Source: Macrostomum lignano
Lineage: Eukaryota
NCBI GenBank assembly: GCA_002269645.1
Contig: NIVC01000729.1
Location: 1-64,000 of the forward strand
Direction of reading: 5' to 3'
Length of the DNA stretch: 64,000 bases
The notes under the pieces were generated by a model that was given only the letters and a program-made list of their open reading frames with translations, ran no database searches and had not been told where the DNA came from. A program made the translations under genes and the position numbers. Position 1 is the stretch's first letter, and each line of letters opens with the position of its first letter. Below, in pieces: positions 35,730 through 64,000 of the stretch.

Positions 35730-36325
35730 TGTGACGTTGTCAGTTTAAGGTGGTCCCGCAAAAGGGCCGTTGGACTACAATTTCACTACAATTTCTCATT
35801 TAATATTCTCCAATCGTGTATTCTCACGTTTACTTGTAGTAGCGCCCAACGAATCTGTATCAATTGCTAATCATTGCGTACATGGTAATCTTTGCGTACG
35901 TCTGTAGGGTCTCGCGCGATCAATAATTTCAGTTCTCGCTTTTCCCCCGCCAGCCAATGAAAACTCTCCGCATTTATTATGCTTACCTCCCTGCGCTCCT
36001 TTATTAACCCCGCCTGGCGGCGGGCTTCGGGGTTTGCTCGCTCGCTCCGCTCTCTTTCCTTCGTGCTCTCCCTCTGGCCTTCGTTCGTTTCTCCTTCATC
36101 TCTCGCCACGGCCCCACCCTGTCTGGGCCAGACTTGTTTACGCATTCGTGCTCCACCTTGTACTGCCACGGGCTAGCGCCCAATCACGCCACTACTTGTC
36201 TACTTGCTACTCACCGCCACCACCGTACTCAGCGCCATCACTTGCACTTTGCTTCACCATCATCCTTCATCATCTGCTTGACTTCTAACTTCAATTACAT
36301 CGACCCGTTGTTGCAGCCGCCAGTG
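35730..36325 (+). mobile_element. LTR, second copy of the 4099 family, 3' truncated
   Basis: Starts TGTGACG and is collinear with 4099-4685 apart from two replaced internal segments. Confidence 0.8.
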
Positions 36326-37677
36326 CCCCTGAACGCTATAACTCTTGTATTGACATTAATCATATTGACAACGACAATAACTTGATTCTTAAATCACTTT
36401 ACCAGAAGTAGCCAGTACAAAAAAATAAATTCAAAGTGATTAATTAACCTCTGCAAACTTAGCGTTTTTTGTGACGCCAATAATTATCGTAGCATATCAT
36501 AAGATGTGTTGTTGTTGTTATTGTTATACTATATATTTTGTACACAAGTAAATCTACGAGTATAGGTTGAAATATTTAGACAGATAGAAATAGAAACACG
36601 CAAGAGTATGATCTGCCAATAGAAAAACAGTGTTGATTCAGGATCCCTATGGAACTCGGTGTGCCGTCAATACGTAATAATTAAAAGATATTTAATTATG
36701 AAATTCAATAGGCCAAAAGTTCGTCATAACACGACCACAACAGAATCTAAATTGCTACAAGCACGACAGTCAGTTAAAAGGGGAGGGGGGCGATGAAAGT
36801 TCAAATAAAATAGCTTTGCAAATAACAAAGAATATCTCTGTGTTGTCTTAGACCCTGATACACTGTAAATGAATTTGGGGTGCAGCTTAATGTCACTGCC
36901 GACTCGTCAACATGCTGGTAGAAATTGGCACTGCGAGTGACTTAAAAGCAGGGAGTCTCCTTGATAGCATTTTTAACCGCTTATTGAGAAGTTCCTGAGA
37001 CTGCGGCTGTTCGCTGGTTTCAGTGCAGTATTTGAGTACAGATTTTGAGATGCAATTTTAAGACAAAATTATTATTTTATAACAGATTGCAAAATAATAG
37101 AATGGCGGGAATCTAAAACTACAGGTTGTCACTCTGCGGGTCAGCAAAGCGGGTTTTCAAACTCTCAATCAGGCAATCGACCAATCAATAATAACAGGAT
37201 CATGCGAGCTAATCTATCAAAGTAATAAATTATGTCAGCAAGCCAGGTTTATAATCCTAGGTGCATTGCGTCAGTGGACATTTAATTGAGATTACAGCGT
37301 AAAAAATACTGCTCCGCCGGGCCCGCTTATAAAACACACAGCGTTATAATCACTCAAATAAATATTGAACAGATAAGAACGAAGCAAACAGTGCTAAACT
37401 CTATATTAACTACTGGCATCAGTAGTGCATTTCAATCGGTTCTGTTTACATTAAATTTTTTTACATTAGAAAATTAGATTAGATTTTAGTTCCAGATCTC
37501 ACTTTCTTGTCCTAGATCCTATTTGCAAGACTCAAATCCCGATTTTTGTAGCCAGATTTTTAATTTAAGTCCGAGATCCCAAATCCCGAATCCCAGCTAT
37601 TTTAGCTCCTAGTCCAAGGTTTTAAACCAAAACTCGATGTTTTAAGCCCAGGTGCCATATTAGAATCTCAGATTCCA

Positions 37678-37955
37678 TATTCAAATCCCAGATCCCAAAT
37701 TTGAATCCCAGATCCCAAATTTGAATCCCAGATCCGAAATTTGAATCCCAGATCCCGAATTTGAATCCCAGATCCCAAATTTGAATCCCAGATCCCAAAT
37801 TTGAATCCCAGATCCCAAATTTGAATCCCAGATCCCAAATTTGAATCCCAGATCCCAAATTCGAATCCCAGATCCCAAATTTGAATCCCAGATCCCAAAT
37901 TTGAATCCCAGATCCCAAATTTGAATCCCAGATCCCAAATTTGAATCCCAGATCC
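37678..37955. repeat. 20-bp minisatellite (TCCCAGATCCCAAATTTGAA)n
   Basis: About 13 units just 3' of the MXD stop codon. Confidence 0.95.
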
Positions 37956-38168
37956 CAGCTATTCTCAGCGCTATCATGACAGATAAGAAGCGATTAGGCT
38001 TACTAATTCAGCGCAAACAAACAAACTGTATTATTAAACAGCAAGAGCATACGAAATTCTGAAGACAACTAAACAAAACGAAACAAATATTCGAACCTCC
38101 AGATTCGAGCTTCAACCTCAATGGGACAAAAACTGTCTTGAAAACAACAGAAGCGACTGACTCGCTGA

Positions 38169-56850
<18,682 letters not shown>

Positions 56851-57034
56851 TGCGTTGCGTAGTTTTTTGTTGCTTTCTCTATTTTGTTACTGATAGCAAT
56901 CTAAACTGGCTTACACAACTTCGGAGTTTTTTAGCCGGAAATAATTCAAGGAATGCAGGCGAGAGAGGGAAGCGGCGGCGCATATGCTGAACCGGGCAGC
57001 GAGATGAGGCGTCATTTTGCGCTCGGCAGGCAGG

Positions 57035-57257
57035 TTTTATATAGGCGCGGATTGTGAGCGAGGCCAATTGGCCAGGCGTAATGGATTTCCTTGTAGCTAA
57101 AAATAGCTTCTAAACTAGAGGGTGCGCGCAGAGTACGCTTTAAATCATATGATTTTCAAGGCCGGATCAATGAACGCCCGGGTGAAGGGAGGTGTAGGGC
57201 GAATGGAAAGCGGCGGAGTAGAATGGTCATAAAAAGACGCCCGATATGGCTCACGTG
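57035..57257 (-). promoter_or_regulatory. Putative MXD core/proximal promoter
   Basis: Minus-strand TATATAAAA at 57043-57035 (~190 bp upstream of the ATG), palindrome GGCCAATTGGCC at 57062-73, E-box TCACGTGA at 57251-58. Confidence 0.5.
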
Positions 57258-60200
57258 ACGCATTTACTCTAAACATAACGAATGGATGGGCTGAACCAGA
57301 GCATGGGCTGTCCAATGAACATCAAGGGTCAATGCGGTCGAATTGTCCTGTACAGTTTGATAGAACTTGAATAGAACAACTTCCCCCACCCCTTATTTTC
57401 CTGTTTCAGCATTTACCCCACTACCCAGTCGTACGCGAAACGGCACGCGTACATTGCAAGCAGCTTTCCCAGCCCAGCGCGACCGCAAGTGTACGCAGAG
57501 AGTTATGCGCGCACCCACCCACCCCACCCTCCTCCGCGTGCTTGTCACGTGGGTTTTCAGCTGGGTAAGGAAGGGAGGGGGCTTTTAAGGCTATCATTCT
57601 CTCTCTAGCGCGCAAGTGTTCCCGCTGCTTCAGGAAGTGAGGAAGGAGAGGGCTAAGTCAGGGCAGGCAGGCTAGCTCTCTTTCCCTAAGCCCGATTCGC
57701 CAGTTCCTCAACCCTTCTTTGCCCTGACTTGTCCCTCCATTTTCCTTCCTAACTAACTAACAAGGCCGCAAGGCCGTTCAAACTTAGCAAGTTTATAGTG
57801 AGAGAGACGATTCTTTGTACCGCACACCACACCCTGCAGCTTTAGCTCAGCTGAATCGGCCCCTATTCCCAACCGCAGCAGTCCAACCAGAGAAATAACT
57901 AATTCCCATCCGATCGGGCGGGGATACGGCCATGCCGTGTGCCCACGCTTGCTTTGCTTTTGCGCTGACAGGTTATGGTGTTACAAATAGGGCTTTTGGC
58001 TTTATGGGGTTTGAATAGGTTGAATCAATGCAACAAAAAAGTCAAAAAGCTTTCATTTGAGCGATTATAGAAAGTGCCGTGAGCTCGTACAGATAGATAG
58101 ATATAGCTAAACTGTTACCTGCTGCAAGGCAAAGTTTGGGTGGAAGACAGAAGATAGGGTCTGTGAAGGTCCTACACTAGAGCGATACGCAAATACACTC
58201 AATAATTCCTGCCTTGTACGTGCTAAACAAACTACGCGTATAACCACGGTTTTAATAATATATTGATTGATTCACGTATACCTACCCTACCCACACGCGC
58301 AACTGTACTAAGTGCTAACCAACGAGTGTACGAAGTTGCGCCTCCTTTACTCGTGTACTTTTATCAGTAGGTTCTGCTAAATCTACTACTCGTAATATGG
58401 TAATATAGTTGCCTGTTCCCTATAGCCCTTCACGAAATGAACGCATGACTGCATTAAAATGAAAAGTACACATACGAGTCCCTTAGTCTATGTGCATTGT
58501 ACTTTTATGTGTTACCAGATCGGTATTATCGGAGGAGGGCCTTTGCTAGTCCTTATGATTATGAGCATCACCACCATGGCGGTAGCGGGGGGGGGCAGCC
58601 GCTAGTCCATTGACAATGAGAGCTCTATTACAATACAAATCTATTTATTCAACCTTATTTCACGCACGCACTACTAAGTGCAAAATACATCCATGCGCTT
58701 GTACTTGCGTACTTTTACTATACTAATAGCTCTTACTAAAAACTATACCCGTTCCCTACCGGTTCACGAACTGGACGCATGGCCATTAAGTTTAAAAGTA
58801 CATATAACACACGCTCCAACGTACGTCAAGCGCACTTTCGCATTTAACAGAACGGTTCAGAGTTTTCTACAACATTTCTCTCTGAAGACTAAGCTCACTC
58901 GCTTCTTCCTTCGCTGAAGCCAACAAACCCATGACAATTATTAGCATAAATTTAAACTAATAGAATACCCAAGAGTTGACCGAATTCTAGTCCAGCTTGT
59001 GCAACCTCTGCACAAGTACGATTGCTAGTACGGTAATAAATAGTATAAAATCAAAATGTATCCTAATTGCTGACCGAACTGAGTTTTCACACATCTATTC
59101 TCCCAAACTGGTGATAACCTACCGTCCAAACCTATCTACCTCTCTAACTGACTACCTATATATCTTCTTACCTATCTATCCAAACTATCAACCTACCTAC
59201 CTACCAAATTATTCCTTACTGGGACTCTACATTTAATCTAGGGCCCGCAAAGGCTCTCTATTCGGCTGTCGGGTACTTTCAGACTTCACAATAGCAATCC
59301 GGCCCGGTCAAGGTCTGTGTCTTGTCTCCCTTCTCGGCTCCCTTCTCTCGGATTTCCTATAGTTTTTATTTTCTCTCCTCTCTCTCCTCTCTTCTCCTCT
59401 CCTCTCCTCTCCTATCCTTTCCTCTCGTCGTCTCTCTCTCCTATCTCTTCTCTATTCTCTATTCCCTCTCCACTTCCCCCTCCTCGAGTGCGCTGGGTTC
59501 TCTGGCCCTTGACGTAAGAAGTTTGCCGACCCCCGATCTACGCTCGTAGGTGCTTATAAAGCCTTTACTGCTCTTATGAGCCTTCCTACCTCGAATCGAC
59601 CTTATTCTTATATCAAACAATTCTTGACGTGTCATATTAGCACACAAATAGACTATAGTTATCTGTCTCTCCTCGCCTCTTTAACACCGCATGCTAGTCG
59701 GTAAACAGCGGAGTCCCAGCCAGAATTCGTATTTAGCAGTATAATACTGTCTTCTATAAAACTCCAAACTTCCGAAGGCCAGGCAGCTATGCGATATCCG
59801 ATCATCAAACTGTGTGTTGTGAAACTGGAGCTGGCTAGCAGTACCCAGCCCAAGATGCACAAGGCCATCAGAGAAGAATGTAGTAAGCCACGCCCAAGGT
59901 TGAGGCTTGGTCTCAAGAACAGTGCCCATTGTTCTGTAGTGTGGCAAAGCAAACACAAGCGTTTAGGCCAAGATCTACTCTGTTTCAATGCGTTCGCGTA
60001 GCTTTCAGTTCTAAATAGGATTGCTTTGAAGCAAACGGCGAGGCGGGCTCCGTCAAATGCGATATGAGACGCATGCAATGTGGCGCGTCACTCATGCTTT
60101 GCATTGAAAAGCCTGGCACGCCAAGTCGCTGCGCTGTGCAATAAAATATTACAGATTTTTGCATGCTACTGCTCGTGCTCAGCAAGAAATGCAACGCTCC

Positions 60201-60336
60201 GGATTTTAATCTCCAGGACATGACTTCCAGGGCAGGTTGGGGATGCGGATTAAGATTTTGCCTCAGATCGACATAGGCTTAAGGCTTAGCGAAGGCTAGG
60301 ATTGAGAGAGGGAGAGATAGAACAAGGGAGAGGCGG

Positions 60337-61128
<792 letters not shown>

Positions 61129-62191
61129 TGTCCACGAACTGTCCATTAATCCGAAGGAGAGGCAGGAGCGCCAATTGATTCCTCATATCCGGCCCTGTCA
61201 CTCTCCCATCTCGAGCTGCTGTGCTGCCAGCCAGCATGTCTCAGGGAAACTTGATCCTTTCCTTGCTTTCAGTCGTGGGCCGCGCCCCCCTCCCCCACCG
61301 CCGGCCCTCCATGCCTCGCGGAGTCGAATGGCTTCAATCCCGCATCTGCTAGCAGCCGGCCTGCATGCCAGAAGCAGCGTGGCACCCGGTCGTATCATAC
61401 ATGCATGTAGCTACATAGAAGAAGGCAAACATTTATTCTGCACAAGAAATTTGGCGTTTTTTTCTTGAACTTTCCTTTGGCTGACTCAGAGCAGAGCCTG
61501 TAGGCCATCAGAAGCGAGTAGCAAAAGTGAATGCAAAGCGTTAGAATGCAAAGGCACACTCTAAACGTGTTTTTCTCTGCCTTGGTTAGCAACCACTTCA
61601 GTCGCTGTGTTTCTCACGTTTGTTTTACTAATCTGTTTTCTCTGCATGGCTAGTATTGCTTCTGGTTTGTCAATATTTCTGGCTGTAGGAGTTTTCAACT
61701 TGTTGCTTAATACTATATTTATTAATCAAAGCTCCTGGTTCCTCGCGTAGTTTGATTTGTTCAGCTTCCCTGCGGGGGCCTTAATTATAAGTGACCTAAA
61801 ACTCGTTTGTTTATAAGAAACAATCGAGTGACTCGGCCTCATTAGCATTCTGAGCGTTCTGTAACTGACCAATTAATTGGATTGGATCGAAGCAAGACTA
61901 GCAAAACTTGACCAGGGGCGGCTTCCCTAATGTAATCCTGCAATATGGGCCTTGTTTAAATTCACATACACATACAGAAAACACTTGAAAATCAGTCAGG
62001 AAAATGAACTGATCAAGTTTTTTAGAACCGCAGAACGCGCTTATGATCTGTGATGCAATTTGTCATGTGGAAACCAGAATCTATAGCCAGTTATTGATAA
62101 AACACACTTAACAGGTGATCAGTGACTTCCATCTGCAGCTAGATATGTGCTGTTAGACAAGCCTAATTTGTTCACCTTTGTGTACGCAATT

Positions 62192-62700
62192 CACCTGTTA
62201 GACACGTAACCTCACCTGTTAGACACTTAATAACCTCACCCGTTAGACACCTAACCTCAGGTGTTAGACACCTAACCTCAGGTGTTAGACACCTAACCTC
62301 AGGTGTTAGACATGTAGCCTCACCTGTTAGACATGTAACCCCATCTGTTAGACATGTAACCTCACCTGTTAGACATGTAACCCCATCTGTTAGACATGTA
62401 ACCTCACCTGTTAGACATGTAACCTCACCTGTTTGACACTTAATAACCTCACCTGTTTGACACTTAATAACCTCACCCGTTAGACACCTAACCTCAGGTG
62501 TTAGACACCTAACCTCAGGTGTTAGACATGTAGCCTCACCTGTTAGACATGTAACCCCATCTGTTAGACATGTAACCTCACCTGTTAGACACGCAACTTC
62601 ACCTGTTAGACACTCAAATTCACCTGTTAGGCACTCAAATTCACCTGTTAGACACTCAACTTCACCTGTTAGATACTCAAATTCACCTGTTAGACATGCA
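62192..62700. repeat. 21-bp minisatellite (TCACCTGTTAGACATGTAACC)n
   Basis: About 23 variant units. Confidence 0.95.
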
Positions 62701-63619
62701 AATTGATCTAATAAACACAACTTCACTTTGAACAGCAGCCCACACCCGTGAGACAAACTGTTCCAAAGTCTAACTGGCAAAGTAACTAACTTGAAAAAAT
62801 AACTACGCTCGTAACAGGTAAATGTGTTCTAGAGTGTAAAGTCACTTCACTTATCAAGAGAATGTAAACTTATCAAAAAAAAATTAACAAACATTATTAT
62901 TCTACTGTTAGTAAAACATTTTGCGCATGCCTGCGATAAGAATGACGTAAATACTCTCCATGTACATTATTAGTCCGGTTAGTATTACATGAAAAAAGCT
63001 ATTTTTAGGTGCAAAAACACAAATTCTGTTGCTAAAATGGTTAAAAATCTGCTGTCGGCAGTTTTTAAAAGATATTTTTAGCAAGTACGAGCGTACCGGT
63101 AAATTCACAGTGACGTAAACTGTTTTTGCTTCTATATGCTCATGGAATTACATTTTTTTGGTTTTTGAAACTTAACTTTCTAAATTAGTACCTGCGTTAA
63201 ACTTCTCATGCAAATTGAAAGAACTTTTTCACTTGAAACAGATTTTGTACGCAAATTTTCAAATAATTTTAGCGTTACAAATTAATCTAAAATAGTTTGG
63301 GCTCAAAATAATTTTCACTCATATCAAAATTTTTTGGCACTCTTTATAATTCAGTTTTGCATTGTGCTACTTTATATCCAGTTGCATGCAGACCCAACAG
63401 GACCAACAGGACCAAATTGTCAAACTTCAATTATTGGAAATATTGATAACAATATAGTCAGAATCCTCAGGCGCGTCGGCACCGGGGGAGACGGGGACAT
63501 GTCCCCCAAGTAAAAGCTGATGGGGGACATGCCAATGCTTTGTGCCCCCACCCCGCCTTGTGACCAGTTGTGGTAATCAATAATTTTTCTTCAGGGTACC
63601 AAAATATAGCGCTTTCGGC

Positions 63620-63945
63620 GCCAAAATGAGTGCCTGTGGCGCTAAAAGGAGTGCCTGTGGCGCTAAAATGAGTGCCTGTGGCGCTAAAATGAGTGCCTGT
63701 GGTGCTTAAATGAGTGCCTGCGGCGCTAAAATGAGTGCCTGCTCGCTAAAATGAGTGCCTGCGGCGCTAAAATGAGTGCCTGCGGCGCCAAAATGAGTGC
63801 CTGCGGCGCTAAAATGAGTGCCTGCGGCGCCAAAATGAGTGCCTGCGGCGCTAAAATGAGTGCCTGCGGCGCCAAAATGAGTGCCTGTGGCGCTAAAAGG
63901 AGTGCTTGCGGCGCTAAAATGAGTGCCTGCGGCGCTAAAATGAGC
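63620..63945. repeat. 21-bp minisatellite (GGCGCTAAAATGAGTGCCTGC)n
   Basis: About 15 units. Confidence 0.95.
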
Positions 63946-64000
63946 GCAGAGAACACGTTTCTCAAAATATTGGAAATGTTGAAATTTAGTCATGTACCAT

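Noticed and set aside
4099-36325. The two related LTRs as ends of one giant retrotransposon
   Set aside because: The first LTR has its own TSD, no gag/pol lies between them, and the copies are diverged.
59659-60078. 139-aa minus-strand ORF upstream of MXD
   Set aside because: No recognisable homology; overlapping frames are similarly open; cannot be supported without transcript data.

Overview
Eukaryotic (metazoan) genomic DNA with no prokaryotic genes, CRISPR arrays or rRNA/tRNA genes. The repeat load, intron style and low-complexity coding sequence suggest a free-living flatworm such as Macrostomum (inference only). The left part (1-36.3 kb) is a dense nest of transposons, many bounded to the base by terminal repeats and target-site duplications (TSDs). 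It includes an internally deleted Helitron interrupted by a Crypton (tyrosine recombinase), a Merlin transposase interrupted by a P-type THAP element, and a 17.8-kb hAT shell. That shell holds an 11.5-kb near-intact EnSpm/CACTA element, a solo LTR, an intact DD34D mariner and a MITE. Further right are a 9-bp-TSD foldback/MULE-like element that grew a 177-bp satellite and captured a LINE fragment, more solo LTRs and MITEs. The right part (38-57 kb) holds one host gene on the minus strand, a Mad/Mxi1 (MXD) family Sin3-recruiting bHLH-LZ repressor with 5 confident exons (~384 aa). Roughly half of its intron length is mini/microsatellite, including inverted arrays of one 21-bp family flanking the bHLH-LZ exons, plus a tRNA-derived SINE. 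The last 7 kb is promoter/intergenic DNA with more tandem arrays. All boundaries and translations were read by eye.
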